From assembly GCA_002423395.1 (NCBI GenBank), contig DIVZ01000007.1, positions 132,442 to 196,441 on the forward strand: a DNA stretch of 64,000 nt. The letters are read 5' to 3'. Within the stretch, counting starts at the first letter, position 1; every line of letters begins with the position of its first letter. This DNA is from Eubacteriaceae bacterium UBA6119. Its GTDB lineage: Bacteria > Bacillota > Clostridia > Eubacteriales > UBA1433. The translations under genes were made by a program, and so were the position numbers. Under the pieces are notes generated by a model that was not told the DNA's origin, ran no database searches, and was given only the letters and a program-made list of their open reading frames with translations. This document shows positions 1 through 9,346 of the stretch, in pieces.

Positions 1-114
1 ATATGTACTAAGCGGAGATAATAAAATGATTATTTACCGGAAAATTTTATATATGAGTTTATTTAAAAAATGATAAAATAAATTTAATATTAAATATAGA
101 GTGGAGTAATTATT

Positions 115-678
115 ATGCAGGGATATTTTGCGCTGGCAACAATAATTTTACTTATAATTCTAGTATTGTCCAGAGTCTTTATGATGAAAAAGTTAGGTAT
201 TAAAGCTATGAAATTCGGTGAGATTGATAAAAAAGATTTTTTAATACCACCGTTTGCTTTTTTGTTTTTATATCTTATATTTGCAAGCGCACTAGGATTG
301 CCTAAACCCGGACACGAACTGTTTAATAATGAGATTGCAGCATGGATTGGCGTGATATTATGCATACTCGGTTTGGTATTATTCTTGTCTAGTGTGATTT
401 CTTTTGGGAAAAGCTTCAGAGTCGGCATAGACGAAGACAGCCCGGGCGCATTGATAACTGCCGGCGTTTTTGCAATAAGCCGTAACCCAATCTATACTGC
501 GTTTGGATTAATTCTAATCGGAATATTTTTAATTTTTCCAAATTGGATAATATTAATATATTTAATATTAGGAATATGGCTTTTCAATCGTCAGGCGCTG
601 CTGGAAGAAAAATCTTTAATAAAAATTTACGGGCAAGAGTATATAAACTACTGCAAAAAAGTACGAAGATATATTTAG
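115..678 (+). CDS. Membrane methyltransferase, ICMT/PEMT family
   Basis: 187-aa polytopic ORF. The C-terminal 'ISRNPIYTAFGLILIG ... EEKSLIKIYGQEYINYCKKV' fits the RNPxY / EE..L...G..Y..Y signature of isoprenylcysteine-carboxyl / phospholipid methyltransferases. Confidence 0.7.
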   Translation: MQGYFALATIILLIILVLSRVFMMKKLGIKAMKFGEIDKKDFLIPPFAFLFLYLIFASALGLPKPGHELFNNEIAAWIGVILCILGLVLFLSSVISFGKSFRVGIDEDSPGALITAGVFAISRNPIYTAFGLILIGIFLIFPNWIILIYLILGIWLFNRQALLEEKSLIKIYGQEYINYCKKVRRYI

Positions 679-790
679 ACGCTGTTTAATACATTTTAAA
701 CCATAAAATTACCAATAATAAACAAAATATCTTACAAAAATAATCTTGATTATATTATAAAAATTTGATAATATATTAAATAATTTAAAA

Positions 791-846
791 AGCACAAATG
801 GGGTTCACCACCGAAAGGGTGATACTCGTTTGTGCTTATTTTTTTG
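791..846 (+). promoter_or_regulatory. Terminator-embedded leader hairpin upstream of thiW; candidate HMP-PP (thiS-motif) riboswitch
   Basis: Outer stem AGCACAAA (791-798) / TTTGTGCT (829-836). Inner stem TCACC (805-809) / GGTGA (818-822). Asymmetric internal loop TGGGGT / TACTCG, then TATTTTTTTG (837-846). It sits between a plausible promoter (TTGATT 746-751, 17 nt, TG-n-TAATAT 766-774) and the thiW start at 872. The TPP-riboswitch core (CTGAGA) is absent from 679-871. Confidence 0.4.
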
Positions 847-871
847 CTTGACAATGAAAGGCGGTATTTAA

Positions 872-1378
872 ATGAACCCTAAAAAAATGAACACTAAAAA
901 GCTGGTTTTTGCAGCAATGCTTGTTGCGATAGGCACGCTTACAGCGAATGTAATCTACATACCAGTAGGAGTAGCTAAATGCTTTCCGATGCAGCATACA
1001 ATAAATGTTCTTTCGGCTGTTCTGCTCGGCCCGTGGTACGCGGTTGCCAACGCATTTTTAATCTCACTATTGCGTAATTTCTTGGGAGTAGGCTCGTTGC
1101 TTGCGTTTCCGGGGAGTATAATAGGTGCATTATTGGCGGGACTGCTTTTTGCCAAATTCAAAAAAATTCCTTTTGCTCTGGGCGGAGAAGTGTTTGGAAC
1201 AGGAATATTGGGAGGGCTTTTATCTTTTCCAATCGCAAAATTTATATTAGGCAAGGACGTTGCGGCGTATGCTTTTATAGTTCCTTTTCTGATAAGCACA
1301 ATAGGAGGGAGCTTACTTGCGTACCTTATATTAAAAGTAATAAATTGGAAGAAATATAAGAATGATTTAAACAAATAA
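872..1378 (+). CDS. thiW: ECF-type thiamine-precursor (thiazole) transporter S component ThiW
   Basis: 168 aa with about 5 TM segments. 'FPMQHTINVLSAVLLGPWYAV...LLRNFLGVGSLLAFPGSIIGALLAGLLF...GEVFGTGILGG' matches my recollection of ThiW family sequences. Confidence 0.7.
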   Translation: MNPKKMNTKKLVFAAMLVAIGTLTANVIYIPVGVAKCFPMQHTINVLSAVLLGPWYAVANAFLISLLRNFLGVGSLLAFPGSIIGALLAGLLFAKFKKIPFALGGEVFGTGILGGLLSFPIAKFILGKDVAAYAFIVPFLISTIGGSLLAYLILKVINWKKYKNDLNK

Positions 1379-1560
1379 GAATTTCCAGTATTACTGGCAG
1401 TTTAATATTTAAATATTATGAGTTTGTATTCATCCTAAGATATAATTTAAAATATGCTGATAACTATTTGCAACATTTATTTATTTCTGTATAATAAATT
1501 TAATAGATATTATAGTTTGAGTGTATCATACTAATTTAAAGCAATTATATCAAGGAGGTA

Positions 1561-1872
1561 ATGAAAATGCCCGATTTTGGACAGCCTTTTGCAGGGAACG
1601 CAAAAGAGAAAAAAATAACCCATCAAGAACTTGTAAGATCAATCAGATTTATGATTGCGGCTGAGTATGAGGCTATACAATTGTACATGCAGTTAGCCGA
1701 ATCGACAGATAATGAATTAGCTATTGAAGTTCTTAAGGACATTGCCGATGAAGAAAGAATACATGCGGGAGAATTTTTAAGACTTCTTAAGGAACTTGAG
1801 CCCGATGAAGAAAAGTTTTATGCGCAGGGCGCAGAAGAAGTAGAAGAAGAAATTGAAAAATTAAGTAAATAA
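1561..1872 (+). CDS. Small ferritin-like / rubrerythrin-superfamily protein (EncFtn-like)
   Basis: 103 aa with strong SD (AAGGAGGT). Diiron-type motifs 'AAEYEAIQLYMQLAE' and 'ADEERIHAGEFLRLL' (E..ExxH). Acidic C-terminus. Confidence 0.5.
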   Translation: MKMPDFGQPFAGNAKEKKITHQELVRSIRFMIAAEYEAIQLYMQLAESTDNELAIEVLKDIADEERIHAGEFLRLLKELEPDEEKFYAQGAEEVEEEIEKLSK

Positions 1873-1880
1873 ACAGCTCA

Positions 1881-1910
1881 TTAATTAAGGGGGATGACCC
1901 CCTTAATTAA
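1881..1910. terminator. Bidirectional intrinsic terminator between convergent genes
   Basis: Perfect 13-bp stem TTAATTAAGGGGG / CCCCCTTAATTAA with loop ATGA, AT-rich on both flanks. Confidence 0.7.
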
Positions 1911-1916
1911 TTTTAG

Positions 1917-3020
1917 TTAAATATTTTTATTATCTTTTACAAATACCCATCGCCTCTGAATTTGAAAACTAATAAAAAACAGAACAAAATCTATAATCGC
2001 TTTTATTGCTGTTAGGTTCATACTAAGGTTATTATATACAATAGTAACAAGCAGCCACGATGCAAGCAGTTGAACTGAGCATAATAAATAGTATTTGATA
2101 ATAGAATTTTTCATTTTTGAAGTATTATTAAATACGACGTTTTTATTAACAACGTAATTAAAAAGTGAAGATATAACTCTTGCAAAAAGAGTGCTGAAAA
2201 AAATCGTCATTGATATGGTTGTAAGGTTGTTAAACATAACGGAAGATAAAAAAGCAAATAAACCAATATCAATGAAAAATGACAGCATGCCTGATAAAGA
2301 AAATTTAAAAAAGCAGCTCAGCATCATAAAATATATAAATAAAGAATCTTTAAACGGATTAAAATGAGAGGATTCATTTTTATCAATATAGATTGTTTGT
2401 ATGCTCTCTTCGGCAATATCTACCTGCTCTCTGACAGCTGAAATGAGCATACCCGTTTCATATTCAAAGTGTTCACCTTTAACAAATAAACAGTTATTAA
2501 TGAATTTATAAGGAATTCCGCGCAGCCCCGTTTGCGTGTCGTTTATTTTTTTACAATATAATAACGCAAAAACGGCAGTAGTAATTTTATTTCCCCATCT
2601 GCTTTTAAAAGGCACGTCTGACTGGTTGAAATTTCTTGTGCCTAGTATAATTTTATTATTTTCTTCCATAAGTCTTTTAGCGACATTGACAGTATCTTCA
2701 GCGCTGTGCTGACCGTCAGAATCCGCCGTAACAATACCCGCCATTTCATTATATGAGAATGTATTTATAAAATAATTAAATCCGGTCTTTAAAGCTCTTC
2801 CCTTGCCTTTATTAACATCATGGTGAAGGACAATACCGTCATATTTTTTTTCAATTAAGTTAAAATATTGCTGCGCGTCTTCTTTGCTGCCGTCGTCAAC
2901 GACAATAATTTTTTTAATTCCGGCATTTACTAAATCCTTTATATATGAAATCAATTTTTCCGAAGGATTTAATGAAGGAATTAATACTGCAACATTTATA
3001 TTATCTGTATCTTGTAGCAT
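1917..3020 (-). CDS. Family-2 glycosyltransferase fused to a GtrA-like membrane domain (polyprenyl-phosphate sugar synthase type)
   Basis: N-terminal 'VAVLIPSLNPSEKL...IIVVDDGS...TADSDGQH' (GT2 DxD/DxSDGQH). C-terminal 4-TM region 'RVISSLFNYVVNKNVVF...QRRWVF' typical of GtrA. Confidence 0.8.
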   Translation of the reverse strand: MLQDTDNINVAVLIPSLNPSEKLISYIKDLVNAGIKKIIVVDDGSKEDAQQYFNLIEKKYDGIVLHHDVNKGKGRALKTGFNYFINTFSYNEMAGIVTADSDGQHSAEDTVNVAKRLMEENNKIILGTRNFNQSDVPFKSRWGNKITTAVFALLYCKKINDTQTGLRGIPYKFINNCLFVKGEHFEYETGMLISAVREQVDIAEESIQTIYIDKNESSHFNPFKDSLFIYFMMLSCFFKFSLSGMLSFFIDIGLFAFLSSVMFNNLTTISMTIFFSTLFARVISSLFNYVVNKNVVFNNTSKMKNSIIKYYLLCSVQLLASWLLVTIVYNNLSMNLTAIKAIIDFVLFFISFQIQRRWVFVKDNKNI

Positions 3021-3275
3021 ATAAATTTCCCGCTTTTTGTTTAATGAAGATAAATAATAATATCATTTTAAAATAATTATGTCAATTTTATATTTTGTCT
3101 CAAAAAATAAAAAACATATAGTTTTAATCAATAGTAAAATAAAATATATCATTTTTTTATTGATAGGTATCATTTCATATGATATTATAATACAGATACA
3201 TATAAGGGATGCTTATGTAGTTGAAGTATTAATTGAAACAAAAGATTTTTTAGTTATATAAATGAGGAAAAAGCA

Positions 3276-4436
3276 ATGCCAAAAATTAGCGACAGAACAA
3301 AAACATTTACGGATTCGATCATCCGCAGGATGACAAGAATATCGATGCAATATAATTCGGTAAATTTGTCTCAAGGTTTCCCTGATTTTGATCCGCCAAA
3401 AGAAATATTGGACAGACTTGTAGAAATTGCTCATAAAGGGCCGCACCAGTATTCAATTACATGGGGAGCGCCGAATTTCAGAGCCGCTCTTGCGGAAAAA
3501 CAATCAAAGTACATGGGACGAAAAATAAACCCTGATACACAAATAGTTACGGTATGCGGAAGCACTGAAGCTATGATGACTTCAATAATGACAGTATGCG
3601 ATCCCGGGGATAAAGTAATTGTATTCTCTCCGTTTTACGAAAATTATTCTGCGGACACAATACTCAACGATTGCACGCCTATTTATGTTGAATTAAGACC
3701 GCCGTCATTTGAATTCAGTATTGATGAGCTTGAAGCGGCATTTAAACAAAAGCCGAAAGCATTAGTGTTATGCAATCCGTCAAATCCTTGCGGCAAAGTA
3801 TTCTCTTATGACGAATTGAAAATAATTGCGGATTTTGCGGAGAAATATGATACATTTGTGATTACCGACGAAGTATACGAGCATATAGTATACGCACCGT
3901 ACACACATACATATTTTGCGTCCCTTCCGGGAATGTGGGAAAGAACTATATCGTGCAGTTCTTTATCAAAAACTTACTCAATTACAGGGTGGAGACTAGG
4001 CTATATTATAGCTCCGGATCATATCGTAGACGCCGCAAGAAAAATTCACGACTTTTTAACGGTCGGAGCTGCCGCGCCGCTTCAGGAAGCGGCTTTGGTA
4101 GGACTTAAATTCGGGGACGATTATTACAAAGCGCTTTTAGATAAATACGCGCATAAACGTGAATTATTCTGCAAAGGTCTTGATGATTTAAATCTTACGT
4201 ATTCAAAACCGCAAGGCGCATATTATGTAATGGTTGATATCAGCCAGTTCGGCTATGAAGATGACTATGATTTCGCAGTCAAACTTTGTGAAAAAGTCGG
4301 CGTTGCAGGGGTTCCGGGTTCTGTGTTCTTTAACGAAAAAGTAAACCATCTGATACGTTTCCATTTCGCCAAAGAGGACAGCACGCTTAATGATGCGCTT
4401 AACAGGCTTGAAAATATAAAAGTCATGAAGAAATAA
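3276..4436 (+). CDS. Class I/II PLP-dependent aminotransferase (YbdL/kynurenine-aminotransferase-like)
   Basis: 386 aa. 'NLSQGFPDFDPP', 'NPSNPCGKVF' and the PLP-lysine motif 'SLSKTYSITGWRLGY'. Confidence 0.85.
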   Translation: MPKISDRTKTFTDSIIRRMTRISMQYNSVNLSQGFPDFDPPKEILDRLVEIAHKGPHQYSITWGAPNFRAALAEKQSKYMGRKINPDTQIVTVCGSTEAMMTSIMTVCDPGDKVIVFSPFYENYSADTILNDCTPIYVELRPPSFEFSIDELEAAFKQKPKALVLCNPSNPCGKVFSYDELKIIADFAEKYDTFVITDEVYEHIVYAPYTHTYFASLPGMWERTISCSSLSKTYSITGWRLGYIIAPDHIVDAARKIHDFLTVGAAAPLQEAALVGLKFGDDYYKALLDKYAHKRELFCKGLDDLNLTYSKPQGAYYVMVDISQFGYEDDYDFAVKLCEKVGVAGVPGSVFFNEKVNHLIRFHFAKEDSTLNDALNRLENIKVMKK

Positions 4437-4587
4437 ATATTAAAAGGCCTTCGGGTCTTTTTTAATATGGAATCTATTAACTCAAATGAGATATAGGCGG
4501 CTTATTTAATGATTGACAATCTAAGTATAAAGTGATAATTTATAACAAAATGCCAACCTAAAGAATATTCAGAAAGAGGGAGAAATT

Positions 4588-5952
4588 ATGAAAAGAAATT
4601 ATGCGGAAATAACGCCGCAGCTGAATAGTCTTGCTCAGAAATGTGTTGAGAATAATATTATACAAAAAGATTTGTATTCAAAATACAATGTAAAGCGCGG
4701 CCTGCGGGATGAAAACGGAAAAGGCGTGGTTACAGGTCTTACAAATATCTCCGAAGTAAATTCAAGACAAATTGTCAACGGAGAAGAAGTTGCATGCCCG
4801 GGAGAATTGTTTTACAGGGGTTATAATATAAAGGACTTAGTAAAAGGATTGATTGATGATAAACGATACGGTTTTGAAGAAATAATATATCTTTTACTTT
4901 TTGGCAATTTACCTGATGAAAGCAAACTAAAAGAGTTTAATCAATTGCTTGCGAGTTACAGGTCGCTTCCGACTTCATTTGCGCGAGACGTAATTATGAA
5001 GGCGCCCAGCGAAAATATAATGAATTCTCTTGCGCGCAGCGTTCTTACGCTTTATTCGTACGACAAAAATGCAGAGGACATGAGTATTGAAAATGTTCTC
5101 CGCCAGTCGCTTCAGTTAATTTCAATGTTTCCTATTTTATCCGTTTACGGATACCAGGCGTTTGATTACTATCACAAAGAGAACAAAAGCTTATTCATTC
5201 ATGACCCGCTGCCGGAACTTTCGACAGCGGAAAATATACTTCATATGTTAAGAAAAGACAGTAAGTATACCCAGCTTGAGGCAAGGATACTCGATTTAGC
5301 GCTGATACTTCATGCCGAACACGGCGGCGGCAACAATTCAAGTTTTACAATACATGTTGTTTCATCGTCAGGTACAGATACCTATTCAGCTGTCGCGGCG
5401 GCAATCGGTTCATTAAAAGGACCTAAACATGGCGGAGCTAATATAAAAGTATGCGAAATGTTTGATGACATCAAAGCAAATGTAAGCGATTGGAACGATA
5501 AGGAAGAAATAGAGCGGTATTTATCAAAAATAATTAACAAAGAAGCATTTGATAAATCAGGTCTTGTTTACGGAATCGGACATGCTGTTTATTCATTATC
5601 AGACCCCCGAGCTGAAGTGTTTAAAGAATTTGTAGAAAAACTCTCAAAAGAAAAAGGCATGGAAAAGGAATACGCTCTATACTCGTCCGTTGAAGAGCTT
5701 GCTCCGAAGCTGTTGTCAGCCAGCAGAAATATGATAAAAGGCGTAAGCGCAAATGTGGATTTTTACAGCGGTTTTGTTTATGATATGCTGGGAATTCCGA
5801 AAGAACTGTTTACACCTTTGTTCGCTATTGCAAGAATTGTAGGCTGGAGCGCACACAGAATAGAAGAACTTAATAATTCCAACAAAATTATCAGACCTGC
5901 GTATAAAGAAGTTCAGCCCAGAAGAGATTATATAGAGCTTATTAAAAGATAA
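4588..5952 (+). CDS. Citrate (or 2-methylcitrate) synthase
   Basis: 454 aa. Catalytic-region motifs 'LILHAEHGGGNNSSF', 'GPKHGGAN', 'GIGHAVY' and 'NVDFYSG'. Confidence 0.85.
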   Translation: MKRNYAEITPQLNSLAQKCVENNIIQKDLYSKYNVKRGLRDENGKGVVTGLTNISEVNSRQIVNGEEVACPGELFYRGYNIKDLVKGLIDDKRYGFEEIIYLLLFGNLPDESKLKEFNQLLASYRSLPTSFARDVIMKAPSENIMNSLARSVLTLYSYDKNAEDMSIENVLRQSLQLISMFPILSVYGYQAFDYYHKENKSLFIHDPLPELSTAENILHMLRKDSKYTQLEARILDLALILHAEHGGGNNSSFTIHVVSSSGTDTYSAVAAAIGSLKGPKHGGANIKVCEMFDDIKANVSDWNDKEEIERYLSKIINKEAFDKSGLVYGIGHAVYSLSDPRAEVFKEFVEKLSKEKGMEKEYALYSSVEELAPKLLSASRNMIKGVSANVDFYSGFVYDMLGIPKELFTPLFAIARIVGWSAHRIEELNNSNKIIRPAYKEVQPRRDYIELIKR

Positions 5953-6096
5953 CGCTTATACATCTAACTCAAAATATAGCTGCCGGAAAATTCCGGCAGT
6001 TTTGTATTACGCTTAATTTTTAATACAATTTATGGATGATAATAAATATAAACAATGATATAATAAAACCAATACAGATGATTAAGAGGTGAAAAT

Positions 6097-6420
6097 ATGG
6101 ATTGGAAATATGAAAAAGGACGTATATTTTATAATGACGAAAAAGGTGAATTAATGGCGGAAGCAACTTATGTTGATTTAGGAAATAAAATAATCGACAT
6201 TGACCATGTATATGTAAATCCTGTTTTACGCGGACAGGGAGTTGCTGAAAAAGTAATGAAAGAAGTTGTTTGTTTTTTAAGAAAAGAAGGCATTAAAGCA
6301 AACGCCACTTGTTCGTATGCAAATTCATGGCTAAAAAAGAATAGAGATGAATATGCAGCTATTATGACCGACGATTTTGATTCTTATGATGCGGCATGCA
6401 GAATTGACGGCAAACATTAA
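6097..6420 (+). CDS. Small GNAT-fold N-acetyltransferase (YjdJ-like)
   Basis: 107 aa. 'IDIDHVYVNPVLRGQGVAEKVM...CSYA' fits the short GNAT_acetyltran family pattern. Confidence 0.6.
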   Translation: MDWKYEKGRIFYNDEKGELMAEATYVDLGNKIIDIDHVYVNPVLRGQGVAEKVMKEVVCFLRKEGIKANATCSYANSWLKKNRDEYAAIMTDDFDSYDAACRIDGKH

Positions 6421-6539
6421 TTTTATAATAAAAGGTCCTTACGGGACCTTTTTGTTTATTTAATATTTAAATTTGTTTATTTTATAAATTAACGGCTTTA
6501 TTAATTATACTGTTTATATATTAAAGAGAGGTGTATAAA

Positions 6540-7493
6540 TTGAATAGAAATATAGAGGAATGGAAAATATCAATAATAGGCGCCGGAACTATGGGGCTCT
6601 CGCTTGCATTGTTTTACGCAATGAACGGACATGAGGTTAAACTTTATAACAGAACAGCAGAAAATCTTGAAAAAGCGAAAACGCAGATAATAAGCAGTTA
6701 TTATACTTTGGTCGGTATGGGAGTTATGGAGCTTGAAGACATAGTTAAGGTAACAAGCCGCATATCATATTTTACAGATTTGAAACAAGCGGCAGAAGAC
6801 GCAGATTATGTTATTGAAAGCGTATCGGAAAACAAAGAAATAAAAAAAGGAATATTTGCAAAACTGGATGAGTACTGCACAAATGAATGCATTTTGGCAA
6901 GCAATACATCGACATTTAATATTTATGAGTTCGTAAAAGTCTCAAATCTGAAAAGGCTTGTAATTACGCATTATTTAAATCCTCCGCATATTACTCCTTT
7001 AGTAGAAATAGTAAGAGGTGAAGATACTTCGGATGAATGCGTTGATACGCTTAAAGAATTTTTTACTCATGTCGGAAAATATCCTATTGTACTTAATAAA
7101 TGCGTTGAAGGATTTTTATGGAACAGGCTTCAAATGGCGCTTGGCAGAGAAGCTACATATCTTGTTGATGAAGGACTTGCAACCGTTGAAGATATAGACA
7201 TTGCCATGAAAAAAGGTCTCGCTCCGAGATATTTGTTAAGAGGCATATTTTCCATGTACGATTTTAACGGTATAGATGTATTGAATGCGGTTTTTAACAG
7301 TACATTCCCAACTCTTTGCAATGCCGACAGCGCGCCTTTTTGCATAACCGATAAAGTATCAAAAGGGGAATTGGGCGTAAAAACGAAAAAAGGATTTAAT
7401 GATTATACAGAAAAAGATATATCAGAAGTTATAAGCGACGGAGAAGAAAAACTTATAAGCATTGTTAAGTACGCCAAAAACAATATTTGGTAA
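6540..7493 (+). CDS. 3-hydroxyacyl-CoA dehydrogenase family protein
   Basis: Rossmann motif 'ISIIGAGTMGLSLA' and the 'HYLNPPHITPLVEIV' core. The track start is GTG 6531. TTG 6540 has better spacing to the SD AGAGAGG (6525-6531). Confidence 0.75.
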   Translation: MNRNIEEWKISIIGAGTMGLSLALFYAMNGHEVKLYNRTAENLEKAKTQIISSYYTLVGMGVMELEDIVKVTSRISYFTDLKQAAEDADYVIESVSENKEIKKGIFAKLDEYCTNECILASNTSTFNIYEFVKVSNLKRLVITHYLNPPHITPLVEIVRGEDTSDECVDTLKEFFTHVGKYPIVLNKCVEGFLWNRLQMALGREATYLVDEGLATVEDIDIAMKKGLAPRYLLRGIFSMYDFNGIDVLNAVFNSTFPTLCNADSAPFCITDKVSKGELGVKTKKGFNDYTEKDISEVISDGEEKLISIVKYAKNNIW

Positions 7494-7591
7494 ATTTCCT
7501 TGAAAAATATAGCGTTAAAAATCAATAAACAGATACATAATATTTTATAAATGATTAACAGGTTAACGTGTAGAAAAAATAAGGTGAATAT

Positions 7592-8794
7592 ATGCTTACG
7601 CTGGATAGAATATATAACGCGTCTCTTTTATTAAAGGATATTGCGAGAAAGACAGATCTGCTTTTATCAACAGGACTTGCAGCAGATTTTGATTTATTTC
7701 TCAAAGCGGAAAACCTCCAGACAACAGGGTCTTTTAAAATTAGGGGTTCTTATTATAAAATAGCGCAATTATCAAAAGAAGAAAAAGCAAAAGGAGTAAT
7801 AGCTTGTTCTGCTGGAAACCATGCTCAGGGCGTTGCGCTGGCCGCGCACAAAAATAATATTAAATCAACAATTTTTCTGCCCGGAAACGCTCCGATATCA
7901 AAAGTGGAAGCGACCAGACGATACGGCGCGCAGATAAAACTTGTAGACGGAGTGTTTGACGACGCATATGACGCGGCGGTAAAATACCAAAAAGAAACCG
8001 GCGCGATATTTGTTCATCCTTTTGACGATGAAAACATTATCGCGGGACAGGGAACAATAGGGCTTGAAATTCTTGAACAGCTGCCGGATGTGGACGCTGT
8101 TATAGTTCCTATAGGCGGGGGAGGGCTTATTTCAGGCATTGCTTATGCGGTGAAGAATTTAAAGCCGAACTGCAAGATTTACGGCGTTCAGGCAACAGGA
8201 GCCGCAAGCATGCTGAAATCTATTGATTATCATAAACGCAGCCCGCTTCAAAGCGTATCAACCATAGCTGACGGCATTGCCATAAAATATCCGGGAGAGA
8301 TGACTTATGAGCTTTGTTCAAAATATGTTGATCAATTTGCTTCTGTAAGCGAGGATGAAATTGCCATGGCGATACTTTCGTTGATGGAGAAACAGAAAAT
8401 TGTAGCGGAAGGCGCGGGCGCTGTGTCTGTCGCGGCCGCGATGTTTAACAAATTCCCTTTAAAAGGCAAAAAAGTCTGCGCGGTAATATCTGGCGGCAAC
8501 ATTGACGTTAATATTTTATCGCGTGTAATAAACAGAGCATTGGCCGCATACGGAAGGCTTACAAGCATAACGGTGGAACTTTTGGATAAACCCGGCAGAC
8601 TTAAAGACGTGCTTGCCATAATTGCGAAAAAAGGCGCAAATGTAATAGAAGTTGAGCATAACCGACAAGGCGATTACGCTAATATTATCAGGACATGCAT
8701 AAATATTTCAATGGAGACAAAAAATCACCAGCATCTTGCCGACATAAAAAAAGCCCTTACGGATAAAGGCTATATTCTTTTAGACAACTGTTAA
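7592..8794 (+). CDS. ilvA: Threonine ammonia-lyase (threonine dehydratase) with C-terminal ACT-like domain
   Basis: PLP-lysine motif 'TGSFKIRGSYYK', 'SAGNHAQGVA' and 'GGGGLISG'. About 80-aa regulatory tail. Confidence 0.85.
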   Translation: MLTLDRIYNASLLLKDIARKTDLLLSTGLAADFDLFLKAENLQTTGSFKIRGSYYKIAQLSKEEKAKGVIACSAGNHAQGVALAAHKNNIKSTIFLPGNAPISKVEATRRYGAQIKLVDGVFDDAYDAAVKYQKETGAIFVHPFDDENIIAGQGTIGLEILEQLPDVDAVIVPIGGGGLISGIAYAVKNLKPNCKIYGVQATGAASMLKSIDYHKRSPLQSVSTIADGIAIKYPGEMTYELCSKYVDQFASVSEDEIAMAILSLMEKQKIVAEGAGAVSVAAAMFNKFPLKGKKVCAVISGGNIDVNILSRVINRALAAYGRLTSITVELLDKPGRLKDVLAIIAKKGANVIEVEHNRQGDYANIIRTCINISMETKNHQHLADIKKALTDKGYILLDNC

Positions 8795-8945
8795 TAATAC
8801 TAACATATAGTATAATAAAAAAAGTGTCCGCGGACACTTTTTTTATTATACAAATAATCATAAATTATAAAATTATATACTATATTTATTTGTAAAATGG
8901 TATAATTTACTAAAATTATACGGATAAAATAAGGAGGATATACAT

Positions 8946-9344
8946 ATGGCATTTTTGGATAAAGTTTCAGATTTAGGAAAATCGGCTATGAAAAAAGCCG
9001 GTGAAGGCGTTGAAGCAGGAAAAATTGCACTTAAAATCAATGAGGAAAAAGGCAAAATAAAAGATACGGAAATTGAACTCGGAAAATACATTTACAGCCA
9101 ATATTTAAACGGCGCGGAATTTGACGCAACGGCAAAAGAAATGTGCGTTAAAATGAAAGATATGTATGAGAATATTGAAGAACTTCAAAAACAGCGCGAA
9201 GAAGTAGGAAAAGATGAAGCGGCGCCAACAATGCAGGCATCTTCAGTTGCAGCCGAAGCAGGCAAATTCTGTCCGAATTGCGGAGCTAAACAAAGCGGCG
9301 AGAGCAAATTCTGCGCAAGCTGCGGAGGAAAGTTAGAGGGTTAA
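8946..9344 (+). CDS. Zinc-ribbon domain protein (coiled N-terminus, C-terminal CxxC-x10-CxxC)
   Basis: 132 aa ending 'FCPNCGAKQSGESKFCASCGGKLEG'. SD AAGGAGG upstream. Confidence 0.6.
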   Translation: MAFLDKVSDLGKSAMKKAGEGVEAGKIALKINEEKGKIKDTEIELGKYIYSQYLNGAEFDATAKEMCVKMKDMYENIEELQKQREEVGKDEAAPTMQASSVAAEAGKFCPNCGAKQSGESKFCASCGGKLEG

Positions 9345-9346
9345 CC

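Noticed and set aside
679-871. Expected TPP (THI-box) riboswitch upstream of thiW
   Set aside because: I looked for the CTGAGA core and the usual about 100-nt multi-stem aptamer and found none. The leader is too short, so the HMP-PP candidate is proposed instead.
90-1374. Antisense ORFs 90..428 and 955..1374, and similar ones elsewhere (for example 8332..8619, 9386..9724, 10556..11304, 27906..28334, 55899..56288, 60147..60833)
   Set aside because: Each lies opposite a confidently identified gene, has no SD and shows shadow-frame composition.
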